This document shows positions 51,397 through 64,000 of a stretch of DNA of 64,000 nucleotides, one piece after another (position 1 is the first letter of the stretch; each line of letters opens with the position of its first letter). A program made the position numbers and the translations under genes. Where the stretch lies: assembly GCF_006345805.1 (NCBI RefSeq), contig NC_043008.1, forward strand, positions 65,472,001 to 65,536,000, in the 5' to 3' direction. The DNA comes from Octopus sinensis. Taxonomy: Eukaryota. The notes under the pieces were generated by a model. That model had not been told where the DNA came from, made no database searches, and was given only the letters and a program-made list of their open reading frames with translations.

Positions 51397-52193
51397 GTAT
51401 GTATGTATATATATGCATGTATATATTTCTACGTATGGATATTCGTATATCTAGTTGTATCACTATGTGAAAAAATGTTTACTAAATATTTGTTTATATC
51501 AGAAATACCTAAGCATTTGCAAAGCTTAAAAATGTCTTTACTTCCACTTGTCTTCCGTTATACGATCCTCATTTTAGCGGAGCGTTAAAAGTGAAATTTT
51601 TGAATAACACGCATGGATTATCTAAATTCGCTATGTGAGTACTTCGGAATCTCACCTTTTCAAACTTGATACACTTTATGCTGTTTTATAGCTAGAATCC
51701 ACATCGCTATTCATAATTTCCTTGCTTTCTTTTTTTCCCTCTTCATTTCTTTTGTTTAAATTTATGTTCTATAAATAAATATACGATGTAATTTTTAATT
51801 TACTTACTTACATTTGCAAAAGCCATACAGATGAAAATCATAAATTATTGCCCGTATATATCTTTGCAGAAGTATACACATATACACGAAATATATTTAC
51901 GTACACGCACACATCGTAACTATGTGAACTCCCGTTTTAATGAAACCAAGGGGCACAACTTTCGTCTTCCTTGACTCGTTGAGGGTTATATTTTCCTGAC
52001 CATTTTTCTTCATTTATAATTTTTCTCCTCGCTCTCTTTCCCTTTTTTCACACTTTTCCTCCGAGAACGGTTATGATGTATCATGAGCCGCACGGATAGC
52101 TCGATGATACATGGTACCTATACAAGCAAGTCGAGCTATTCTATGACCAAAAGGAAGAAATTTATGTAGCTCACATTCAAATCTTCATATGTA

Positions 52194-52421
52194 TATTTCT
52201 TTACTACCCACAAGGGGCTAAACACAGAGGGGACAAACAAGGACAGAAAAAGGATTAAGTCGATTATATCGACCCCAGTGCGTAACTGGTACTTAATTTA
52301 TCGACCCCCAAAGGATGAAAGGCAAAGTCGACCTCGGCGGAATTTGAACTCGGAACGTAACGACAGACGAAATACGGCTACGCATTTCGCCCGGCGTGCT
52401 AACGTTTCTGCCAGCTCGCCT
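52194..52421 (-). mobile_element. SINE family B, near full length, young subfamily
   Basis: Close match to 3147-3382. Confidence 0.93.
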
Positions 52422-52550
52422 TGCGTGTGTGCGTGTGTGTGTGTGTGTTTGTATTATAATTATTAGGGAATATTACTTCAGAATATACAGGAAAAAGATA
52501 TTTAAATTAGATGTACTAAAATGAACATCACTCAATGTTTAATTCGTATA

Positions 52551-52764
52551 TATAAAAGTAGTTTTAGAGACAGAACCACTTTCAACTCAATCAACACTGA
52601 AAGATTTTATACCCGACCACTCAATGAAATGTTAAATATTAAATATTAAATATTATAGTTAGTATAATATTTAATATTTAACATTTTATGGAATGGTCGG
52701 GTATAAAATCTTTAAGTGTTGATTAAGTTGACGGTGCTTCTATCTCTAAAACTACTTTTATATA
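52551..52764. mobile_element. ~215-bp fold-back (MITE-like) element
   Basis: ~100-bp arms, mostly matching (e.g. aaagattttatacccgacca / tggtcgggtataaaatcttt), short loop, TA flanks. Confidence 0.8.
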
Positions 52765-52769
52765 TATAT

Positions 52770-52849
<80 letters not shown>

Positions 52850-53415
52850 ACCGCTTAATAATCTCAATGGAGGCAATGCAAGCGGAAACTAGACGAACAT
52901 AATTAATAACCACACTCAAAATCAAATACGTACATATATTCATCTACATTTATAAAACGGATATAAAAATTTCAAATATATAAATGTAAAAGTACATATA
53001 AATAGATAAATATCGATGTGATACATAAAACAGTGAATTCTAGATTAAAAAGTAATAATACATTGGTGTAATAAAAATTTGAGATGATTAAACATTAAAA
53101 GGACGTACTACAATACCACGAAAATAATACAAAACTTTAAAAATTCCATCTGCAGGCCGTTTCAGAGACGTGCCAAATAATATTATATATTTCATATTTT
53201 TAAAACTGACACTCCCCTTATCAGGATGTTTTCACACAATACAGGAAAAGCAAATACAGAAATACAGTTCCACTGAGAATTTCTATATTTATCAAAATAA
53301 AAGGCACGCCATCTCAGTTTAGATATACATTCGCTCGTTTTATGTAGAAGATATTCCATATATAAGTTCTTGGATGGAATAGGTATATTCCTGGTAGAAT
53401 ACACACACCCACATA

Positions 53416-53508
<93 letters not shown>

Positions 53509-53509
<1 letters not shown>

Positions 53510-53900
53510 TGCAGGCCTGGCTGTGTGGTAAGAAACTTGTTCTGCGTTCAGTCCCACCGGGTGTCATCTAGTAGGACAAGTATGTTCTACTATACCCTCG
53601 GGCCGACTAAAAATTTTGTCAGTGGATTTGAAAGATGCAAAGACAAATAAGCCCGTTGAATATGTGTGTGGCTGTGTATGTGTGTGTGAGTGTGTGTTTG
53701 TCTATGCGTTAGTGTATTTGCATCTGTGTTTGTCCCCCTACCTCAACCGTTTGACAACGACTGTTGGTGTGAGTGCATCCCCGTAACTTAGCGGTTCAGC
53801 AAAAGACACCGATAGAATAAGTACCAGGCAAAAGAAAGAAGCACTGGGATCGATTCATTCGACTAAATAATCAAAGGTGCTAATTCAGCATGGCCACAAA
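53509..53900 (+). mobile_element. SINE family A, full length, decayed
   Basis: tggctgtgtggtaag...gtttgtcccc...ccccgtaacttagcggttcagcaaaag. Confidence 0.85.
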
Positions 53901-53961
53901 AGATATGTATGCATATGTGTATACATGTATGTATACGTATTTAGATGTTTTGCGTTGTTCA

Positions 53962-54191
53962 ACGGTATGAGTCTGATGAAGATGATCAATCCGAAACAGT
54001 ATTTATAAAAAAATTTTTAATGTATACTCTAGCGACAGCACCATATTATCTTTATAAGTAAAATATGAGAACTTCCATAACTAATATTATGAACATTTCT
54101 TTTAATTTAAGTTTCTTTTGTTTTTCTTTTTTTTTTTCCATTTTATTCCAACATGAGGATGTAGTCTTAAAAAGACCGAAACTGGTGGTTG
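53962..54191 (+). ncRNA. Two decayed hammerhead-like motifs in tandem
   Basis: CTGATGA-a-gat[gatca]atc-c-GAAAc-aGTA at 53973-54001; caac-aTGAGGA-tgtagtc...gacc-GAAActgGTg-gttg at 54149-54191. Confidence 0.55.
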
Positions 54192-54312
54192 CTTAACTAA
54201 CGATGTACATCTCGTCTTTCTATTTTGACAAAATAAAATTTACTGCGCATATACTTCATATGCCTTCCATATTTACGTTTCCTCGTGTGACACATCTTAA
54301 TCATTATACGTT

Positions 54313-54361
<49 letters not shown>

Positions 54362-55329
54362 TTATACATAAACAGACACATACACATATATACATACACA
54401 CACACACATATATGCATTTATATACATATAAATATACATATAAATACACATATAAATATATATCTTTTTCATGGGTTAATGCACCTGTCTATGTAATTAT
54501 CTGCATACAAGATTTCAAGATGAACTGACTCCATTCTAACATTTGATAGCCCACAGTTATTTAGAAAATAGCAAGCTTACATAATCTGTGTTGATAATCA
54601 CATATACATTTTATCTGTCCAATATAACATGTGTTAACATGTCTAGATCTGACAAACATTATCGTCAAAGTTTGTTGTAAATAGTTCACGAAAAGTTAGA
54701 AAGTTTAATTATACACACTTGTGTGCGCATGTGTTTGTACATATGTGTGCATATGAGTGTATATTTACATAACAGCTTTTTTACAATTGTATTTAACAAG
54801 CTCATGTACACTCAAACGCGGAGAGCTCTTCACTGCGGAAATAAACTCGTCAGAGCTGTTCTCATTTCGGCCAATATGTGTGAGAATCACATCTCTGGGC
54901 TATGAATTATGTTACCCCACCGTAAGAGGTATGGTTCGGCGTCGTTACACTTCGTCACCAATGGACAACGAATCCATCTTTTACCGCATACTGCCGATCA
55001 ACTAAAAGATCAAATGATAAAATTTTACTAATGTTCGCATAGATTTGCGAGGTTGGAATTAATTAAAATCTGCAGTACGTAGCATTGATTGAAATATGTT
55101 TGTGTACAGTGGAGTTCTAGATGATTTTTTTAAACTCAATGTGAAAACCTTCACTGCGGAAATTATCTCACTGAGAGGAATCTCTTCATAGACAATGAGT
55201 ATGAAAATTACACCACCATCGAGCTACAAAGATATGTGTTTCTGCATTGTTATGCTTTACCAGCTTGTACATAAGGGTGCATAAAAACATCTATGTATTT
55301 TTGTATTTAAAAATATAACGTTGGAAGTA

Positions 55330-55800
55330 TGAGCAAAATTTAGATGAAAGTTTGCTCATATCGTCTGATTTACTTGAAGCTGAATCTAAAGAAATCTTTA
55401 CACGGATGTATTCCTTTTCTATCTTCGAACTCCGAAAGTATAAATTGTTAAGAAACGAGAAATGGAGAAATCGAGAGCAAGTAACCTTGCAGCGCAAGAT
55501 CAATCTTTGGCCGCAAACTAGAGGGTCGACTTTAGAAATGTGCAAGTGCCTCCATTTTGCCGATTTTGTCCATATTGTGAATGAATAACCTCGCCTAGAC
55601 AAAAACCGACATAAATGTGGTGATAATGATGGGGTAACAAAGGTGCTGCATTGGAAACTGAGAGAAAAGTTGGGGTGGCGGTTAGATAGAGTCAAGTCAT
55701 TGTACGAACACAAACTTCAGAGTGGCTGAGTAGAACAATTGTAAAATCCTGTAGGTATGGACAAATTAATCACGTGTTCTCCATCCGCGATGTTGCATGC
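55330..55800 (+). mobile_element. R4/Dong-clade LINE fragment (zinc-knuckle/RLE region)
   Basis: AAQDQSL, VHIVNE*PRL...RH...KVLHWKLREKLG, LYEHK...NNCKIL, in R4 order. Confidence 0.85.
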
Positions 55801-56397
55801 CCATGTGAACCACGAATAGTTAAGAAGAGGGGCGAAAAAGTTAGCCTACACAATCCTCTTAATTATGTGATAGCTCGATTGTCGACGATAAAAAGTGTGA
55901 AGATAGTGTCAACTATTATTAGGGCTTTGGGGACACTATAAAAAGGTATGAGAGGAATACTTATAAAATCACGATACAACATAATTCTACGACCATTAGA
56001 TTTCAAATACGACATTTAAATCATGTGAGTTTACAAACATACCCACTGTTTTGTTATTATATTTTGTTTCCTATTAATACACGATCTTTATCTTTCTTCG
56101 AATTGGACAGTTTTCTATTCTTATATGTAAAAGGGATTTATCATCACTTTGATGAAGTCAGTTAGATTCGGCAGTTAACATATTATTTTTCAATCTGCCA
56201 TCGTTTACGTCTTTATTTAATATTTAATTTATGATATGGATATCATTGTTAAACTATTATTTGGCTAAGGTGTGAGATATTATCTGAAGAAGTCGACACT
56301 GGTAATCTACAAGTACGTACATGATAATCGAGAGCAGAAGAGTATTGTTTTGCAAGCATGTGTATATATACATACATACACACACATATGTATATAC

Positions 56398-56447
<50 letters not shown>

Positions 56448-56880
56448 CTGTGTCTGTGTCTGTGTATGTGTGTGTGTGTGTGTGCAGATAAATAGATATA
56501 GATATGCACACATATATATATATGTTCATATACATAAATACATATATACGTACACACATATATATATATGTGTATACCTAAATATTCATACTAATATTCA
56601 TATACATACAAACACATATCTTTATACATAACATCTATATACGTCCATATGCATAAATGTATGCATAATTATATACGTATATAATTATATTGGAGTGTAA
56701 GAGTTGCTAAATACGCTTAAAATGGTGTTTTACGTACTTCAAACGTTAGCTAATATAGAACGCAATACGCTGGATATAATGGTTATAAATGTTTCTTTTA
56801 TTTTATCTCGGAATGAAATGTGAGAATATGATGGATATTCTGTCTTTCTTACTCTCCTACCGTATATATATATACATGCA

Positions 56881-56949
<69 letters not shown>

Positions 56950-57067
56950 TATATATATTATATATATATATATATATACATACATGCATATATATATATA
57001 TGTGTGTGTGTGTGTGCAGATAAATAGATATAGATATGCACACATATATATATATATACATACATGC

Positions 57068-57102
<35 letters not shown>

Positions 57103-57219
57103 CATACATACACACACATATGTATATACATATATATATATATACATGCATGCATATATATATATATACATGCATGCATATATATATATATACATACATA
57201 CACACACATATGTATATAC

Positions 57220-57266
<47 letters not shown>

Positions 57267-57589
57267 CATACATACACACACATATGTATATACATATATA
57301 TATATATACATGCATGCAATATATGAATGCATACGTGCAAAAATATATTTGAAACAATGGATAATGTGTGTTCTATCATAACGTGATAAATTATGAAGCG
57401 TTCAGCTAAAATGGTATAACATCTCTACACACCACTCATGCCCAAACTGCAAGGTTGCTCTGACCAGATTACCGTTCTATATCATTTTATTTATTCCACA
57501 ACAGTCAACTATTTCAAGATGTAGAAGCAACCAAAAATACAAAAAACCTCAACAAAAGCAATAATAATATCATATTAATGATAACATTA

Positions 57590-57683
57590 ATGCTGATGGT
57601 GATGGTGATGATGACGACGACGACGACGACGATGACGACGACGACGACGATGATGATGATGATGATGATGACGATGATGATGG

Positions 57684-57715
<32 letters not shown>

Positions 57716-57760
57716 GGGATGATGATGATGATGATGACGACGATGATGATGATGATAATA
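57590..57760. repeat. (GAT)n/(GAC)n microsatellite
   Basis: Directly visible. Confidence 0.97.
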
Positions 57761-57849
57761 TGAAGATTAATATAAAATAAAAATAAGAATACACAAACAA
57801 ATATACATTAAGAAATAAATCAATCAATACAGCCTAATGTCACAGACCA

Positions 57850-59230
57850 AACTTGGCTTTTGATTTTATAGTTTTCAAAGCAATATGGTGAGTGTTGTTC
57901 CCTCTTCGAATAGATATCTCACAAACAGAAAATATTAAACATCAAAAGTGCTTGTTCATATTTTTAAAGATCTAGTTAACTGTAAATTCTTCTCAATATC
58001 TTTCCAATGCTTAGTTCTCTATAATGCTTAGTGAAAGCAAAAGATATCAGTGGCTGTAAATCTAATAATCTTCTTCTCTACCTTGCTTTTATCTCCTTAA
58101 ACAGGATATGTTCATGGCCATAGTTTGTTTTATGGATTTCCCAGCTCTGAAAAATCGATTCCAATCTCTTTCCTAATCTTCTCTCTCATGAAACTACATT
58201 ATATCATGGTATTCCTCCTTCATTTGTGTTTCAATGATGAGCAGAAAATGGTAGAAGTTATTGATGGGTGGATGTATATTGGTTTTATATGGGTGGAAGA
58301 ATATTCTCACTTGCATAATCTCTGGCAGTAAATACTAGAAGACTAAATTCAATTCCTTGTCGTATTAAGTTAAATCTTTTTTCATCCTGAGTTAAAATAT
58401 CAAAAACATTAAATTTGTTATTGTTTTGCAACTTTTTGGTTTCTGAAGGTTAATACATCAAAAGGTACCAGTAATATAGTGACATGTAAGAACAATTCCA
58501 CCTATAGCTCTCCTTTGCAATGTCAGAAATATTGTTTCCCATCGGTACTTCTTTATTTAGTTTCGTGGTTTATGTGTGGCAATCAAAGTTACTAATATTT
58601 TTGCATTACGATTCTTTCAATAATTAAGCGACAACATGAAATCAAATTCTCTGAGTTTTATGAGAAAGCAAATGGTGCAAATTTCAAAACTCTGTGGCTT
58701 TTGCGCACATTTCTGAGCTGTAACCAAATTTTGCATGAACGCCACCTTGTTCAAGTCATCTTTGGGGATAGTCTGGTTGATCCCATAACTGATCTCAATC
58801 ACAAAACGATCTTCATGGATGAACACGAATTTTCCAAATGTTCCGGTTTTTACTTGTGACTATTAACTCTGAGTCTCATCATCTTGAGTAGACACTAGAT
58901 CGGCCTTGGACAATGCGTGTCTCTGATAAATCAGTTTCACAACTAACAAATTTTCAACAAAATTCTAAAGAAGCATTCGAGAGTACATTAACTGATTTAT
59001 TGAGGTTGATGTAAAACTTCATATTGGATATTTATCACATTTGTCAACCTTCGTGCAATCCACAGAGCCCTTCTAACATCCTTTCTAAAACGCAGTAGAC
59101 AGGAGCTAAGTCAACTAAGGCCATGATAGTGAACAAATTTGACGGAAATTGTTGAAGATCATTAAATACAGTATTGTGCCTACAACTGAATGTGCAGACG
59201 TGCTGAAGCTTTTTCATGCTTGTTCTGCGT
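57850..59230 (+). mobile_element. Highly decayed hAT (Buster/Charlie-type) transposase
   Basis: Broken-frame NIVTC (cf. NI.AC.TDG), IVSHR (cf. HC.IHR), EKANGANFKTLWLLRT-FLS (cf. E...F..LLLHTEVRWLS), HEFS, RQELSQL, in the expected order. Confidence 0.5.
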
Positions 59231-59232
59231 AA

Positions 59233-60309
59233 AGAATATATAAAAGCTACTGTTATCAATCTATGTTGTTAATTTGATCTTAGATATTTATTTCTTGCAT
59301 AAGTTGTGCTTAGTTGTGTGGGGCGCATGCACTTTAAAATACGTTCGATGGAACTGTAACACCTGCCCCTACAGAAAGGTTTTTATATAAATAATGCAGA
59401 AAGGTTTTTATATATTTATTAATTATCTACTTATAAACTTTCATAGTGGAAAATTTAGATAAAATGGATGGACACTGGAAATAGAGAAAAGAGGGAGACA
59501 GAGAGGAAAAAAGAGAGAGAAAAGTGGTGGGGTATAGAGAAAGATAGATCTTCTGTACACACTTATATATTCATCAATAAATATGTATATATATTTTATA
59601 CAGACACCCTCATATTATATAGAAAAATAGACACACTTGGCTTTCCGTCGGTTTCGACAATGCGTATATGATGTGTATGAAGATAAAATGGATGGACGCT
59701 TGAAATAGAGAAAAGAGGGAGGTTGAGAGAGGAAAAAAGAGAGAGAAAAGTGGTGGGGTATAGAGAAAGATAGATCTTCTATACACACTTATATATTCAT
59801 CAATAAATATGTATATATATATTATACAGACACCCTCATATTATATAGAAAAATAGACACACTTGGCTTTCCGTCGGTTTTTTATATAAAGAATACAGAA
59901 AGGTTTTTATATAAAGACTATATAAAAACTACTGTTATCAATCTATGATATTAATTTGATCTTAGTTATTTATTTCTTGCATAATTTGTGCTTAGTTGTG
60001 TGGGGCGCATGCACTTTAAAATACGTTCAGCCACTCATACACGTCATATACGCATCGTCGAAACCGACGGAAAGCCAAGTGTGTCTATTTTTCTATATAA
60101 TGTGAGTGTGTCTGTATAATATATATATATACATATTTATTGATGAATATATAAGTGTGTACAGAAGATCTATCTTTCTCTATACCCCACCACTTTTCTC
60201 TCTTTTTTTTCCTCTCTCTGTCTCCCTCTTTTCTCTAATTCCAGTGTCCATCCATTTTATCACTATGTAAATTTTCCACTATGAAAGTTTATAAGTAGAT
60301 AATTAATAA
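59233..60309. repeat. Compound direct and inverted duplication (X-Y-Y-X-Yrc); further Xrc at ~61660-61780
   Basis: Y1 59416-59680 is inverted at 60035-60309 and partly repeated directly at 59682-59880. X (ttagttgtgtggggcgcatgcactttaaaatacgttc) at ~59233-59370, ~59925-60028 and reverse at ~61660-61780. Confidence 0.92.
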
Positions 60310-61067
60310 CAAAATTCTAATTAGTTTCACTGTTGAAAGCATCCCAGCAACAATAACAACATCAACAGTGTTTCATAATCAATAGAAGTAACAGAAAATG
60401 ATACAACGATATTCTATAATTAATGATAAAGTGCAATTCACCGGCCTACGAGTTCAATATCTTCGTCTGACATTTTATGCCTAATTTTGATGTATTAAAT
60501 CATATCTTTCATGTGATTTTTCAAAGAAATTTAAATTACAACATCACGTCATCATATATGCACACTCACATACATATATACATACATACATACATACATA
60601 CAAAAATACATACATACATACATACAAACATACATACATACATGCATACATACATACATACATACATACATACACACATACATACATACATACATACATA
60701 CGTACGTACATACATAGACACACGTAAATAAATATGCACGCCACAAACAGCAAGCATGCAAAGAAATATACACACCACCAACGGCACTCACGTAGATAGG
60801 TTTTTTAAATTGTGATAGTGAGTTCGATCTTCCACCAGATGTAGATTTTCAACATGACAGAGAAGCACACATACATCTGTGTGCGTGTGTGTGTGTGTGT
60901 GTGTGTTGTGTGTGTGTATATATGTTTGTATGTGTATGTTTGTGTGTGTGTAGAAGATGAAGCAGAATCTAAGACTGGTGTCGGTCTGCGTCGGCAAGAT
61001 TTCTATTAATTATTCACTAAGATGGATAAAAAAAAAATACAGTGAACTTAGTCTGGTGAGCGAAAAA

Positions 61068-61106
61068 CTCCAACGTTTCGGACAGAACCATTTCTTTAAG
61101 GACAGA
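61068..61106 (-). ncRNA. Decayed hammerhead-like motif
   Basis: Minus strand tcc-ttaaaga-aatggttctgtcc-GAAAcGTT-ggag; the CUGANGA box is mutated. Confidence 0.35.
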
Positions 61107-61850
61107 GTAAAACTAAAAAGTGACAGTAGAGGTTTGAACTCTAACTGCAACTATTAAGGGAGAGTCATATGTGGACTGATAGTAGCAGGAGACGGAAACT
61201 CGGTGAGAAAAATATATGAAAAGAGAAATGGAATGAGAAGGGGAGAAGGCGAGAATGAAGCGAAAAGAAAAGATGGGGCGAGAGGGAAATTGAATGATAT
61301 GATAGTGATAGCTGAATTAAGAGATGCATGACTAGGAGGAAAACTTGTTCACATAGGCCTATTGATTACATGGTACTTAGCTCTAAAATTAAACGTTTAA
61401 TCATCTATTTCTTCAATATGTAGTACTATCATGAGCAGAAATACCGCACCTTTGTTAGGAAGTGATGCAACGATCTCTAGTGTTGAAGTGGGTGGCGATG
61501 TGTAGTATTATGCTTTGTATGTCTTCGCTAAAGCGATCTCCAAAGCGTGTTTTCCCCAAAATAACGTGCGTTGCTAATTTGCATGTTCAAATATATAGTT
61601 TGGACGATGGTCATATGAAATCGTAACTTACAGCTAGTGATAGCTGTGGTGTGGTTGGTGTAGGGACAGGTGTTGCAGTTCCATCGAACGTATTTTAAAG
61701 TGCATGCGCCCCACACAAGTAAGCACAAATTATGCAAGAAATAAATATCTAAGATCAAATTAACAACATAGATTAACATCACATAGTTCTTAGGTAAAAC
61801 TCTCTGATATGGTCTATATTTTAACCTTTTTAAAATTTAAACGTTATCAC

Positions 61851-62026
61851 ACTAGCCGAAATGCTTCGCGGTATTTCGTCGCGTATTTTGTTCTGAGTCC
61901 GAATTCCGCTGAGGTCGACTTTTTCATTCGGGGACGATAAATGAAGTAACAGTTTCGTACTGGTGTCGATCTAATCGACTGGCCCCCTCACCGAAATTTC
62001 GGGTCTTGTCCCTAGCGTAGAAAACA
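61851..62026 (+). mobile_element. SINE family B
   Basis: gaaatgcttcgcggtatttcgtc...aattccgctgaggtcgactt...gtcgatctaatcgactggccc. Confidence 0.85.
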
Positions 62027-62067
62027 ATACACACACACACACGCACACATAATGTATATATATATAG

Positions 62068-62260
62068 GGAAAGTTTACGAAAAAAACAAAAGACGAATAC
62101 AGGTGGTGTACAAAACAAACAGATGTATTAGTATAACGCTCAGGAATATAAAAAGTATTTTACGTTTCGAGCCTACGCTCTTCTACAGAAAGGGACACAG
62201 AAAAAACAAGAAGAGAAACAAGGAGAGAAAAAATGTGTGTAGTGGCTAACGATCAAATTA
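62068..62260 (-). mobile_element. Penelope-like terminal remnant with decayed hammerhead-like motif
   Basis: Minus strand ctgtagaagagcgtaggctcgaaacgtaaaa...gagcgttatactaatacatct; related to 16625-16760. Confidence 0.55.
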
Positions 62261-62271
62261 TATATATATAT

Positions 62272-62312
<41 letters not shown>

Positions 62313-62338
62313 TGTGTGTGTGTGTGTGTGTGTGTATG

Positions 62339-62372
<34 letters not shown>

Positions 62373-63236
62373 TGTATGTATATACTGATTATACATTTGG
62401 ATAAGGTTTCAGAAATGCGTTTATGTAAAAACTGAAATTTAAAAATGCAACATAACATTCAACAAATAAAACAGAGTCGTGCACATTGATTTTCGGGCAA
62501 ATACCCAGTAAGGCACATAAAAGCAGGAAGATAAAACGTGCCAAGTTTATAATACGTTGTTACAAATTAATGATATATAGGTGTGTGTTGGTTTGAAATT
62601 AATAAGATGCGTTCCTAAGTGCAAGTTGTTAAGTTGTTATGGAAAGCAATTTGCTACATGTGAAAGAGTAATATTGGGGAATAAAAAGGCCTTTCGCTTC
62701 CATGAGAATATTAAAATTTCAGTAAAGTTAAGAACGAAAGCACGCGATGAAATCTGGAAAAGGTTTTGAACTGAAAATCATAGATAAAGAAAGTGACTTT
62801 ATTGGAAGTTACGTAAAATTACAGAAGAAAATTATATGATTTGAACTTTGAAAAACAGCCAATGAAATGCGTTTTGGGGGAATTAATGGGTACATGTGAA
62901 CTGGGATTTGGGTGTTCATGCAGCGAATAAAATATTAGGCATATTAGGATGTCCAAAAGAATGTAATCATTACGTGGAGGTCGGTCTTCTGCTAAGAGAT
63001 ATTCACCAGGATATTTAATGGATTAAAAATTGAAAAATCTAATATGGTATAAAATGCATCGCAATATAAAAAAAAGAAAGCTTGTTCTGACATCGTTTAC
63101 ATTGTATTTCGAAATAAGTTGGCATTATGCATGTTTAACAAAGATGCATTCGCGACCTTTGTTAATATGTTTGTGTGTGTTGTGTGTAATTCAACATACG
63201 ATTTCACAATCGTATTTGCAAAACAAGTATATAAAC

Positions 63237-63295
<59 letters not shown>

Positions 63296-63343
63296 ATATA
63301 TACATACATACATACATACATACATACATACATACATACATAC

Positions 63344-63346
<3 letters not shown>

Positions 63347-63442
<96 letters not shown>
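63347..63442. repeat. (GATA)n microsatellite preceded by (CATA)n and (TA)n
   Basis: Directly visible; a (CTAT)n tract is also at ~50583-50650. Confidence 0.98.
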
Positions 63443-64000
63443 TATTCAAATGAATATGGTACTTAAGCTAGATGCACCAGAATTTTGTATGGTGTTATCC
63501 ATATAAATCCATAGGGTGATTATAATCAAAATAAGCAACAAAAATATCTTCGGTAATTTGGTACGATCGTTTCATGCTACATCATTTTATTAAACATTGT
63601 AAATATTACAACAGTTTTAAAATGTTGAGCAATCATCAGCCAGTTATAGATATATATTTATAGGATATATATATATATAATATATATATATATATATACA
63701 TAGGTGCATACACACATGCACACACATCTATATATTTATCACAACAATCGCTTCCTGCTGCATTGCTCCCTTGTTGGTGTGGGCCGATGTACGCACAATG
63801 CAGGGAACCTCATTAGGTAACCTAACATGTAAATATTATAACTTTTAAAGAATTTTACGCCACCTAACGTGGCGCCTTGCACTGAGCATTGCATCTGATG
63901 TCATTATATCGTCCCACACCCACAAGGGAGTAGTATGAAAGGATGCCGAAACGATTATTGCGCTAATTAAATCTTGTAGTTACAGAGTGTCTTTCGTGTC

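Noticed and set aside
55291-55713. 140-aa minus-strand ORF
   Set aside because: It is antisense to a recognisable R4/Dong LINE remnant; a shadow ORF.
58125-58331. 68-aa ORF behind a good acceptor at about 58103 as a host exon
   Set aside because: It lies within the region showing ordered hAT transposase motifs in other frames.
63890-63965. ctgatgt...ccgaaacgatt hammerhead-like motif
   Set aside because: A9 is mutated, there is no GUH with a matching stem I, and stem II is ambiguous. The similar weak cases at about 56285 and 63610-63640 were also dropped.

Overview
AT-rich, microsatellite-saturated eukaryotic DNA. The repeat landscape looks like a coleoid cephalopod, most likely Octopus; this is inferred from the SINE types and microsatellite density, not from a database search. 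I found no host protein-coding gene I can name. Almost all ORFs in the supplied track are translations of (TA)n, (CA)n or triplet microsatellites. The window is a transposon graveyard. It holds at least four tRNA-SINE families in many copies; a Tc1, a mariner and a maT (DD37D) element stacked within about 4 kb; and decayed piggyBac, hAT, Merlin, Helitron, Gypsy, R4/Dong, RTE and L1/Tx1-like remnants. It also holds non-autonomous Helitrons, MITE/foldback elements and several recent tandem or inverted duplications. The strongest unexplained signals are two. First, two apparently intact but sequence-unrelated type I hammerhead ribozymes (37604-37646, 43791-43860) plus several decayed ones, with no Penelope ORF detected in the window. 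Second, a (TAA)n array at 4.3-5.4 kb holding stacked R4/Dong-type 3' ends and a ~555-bp non-coding element that recurs in another (TAA)n tract. Family labels A-D are my own. Identities and alignments were judged by eye.
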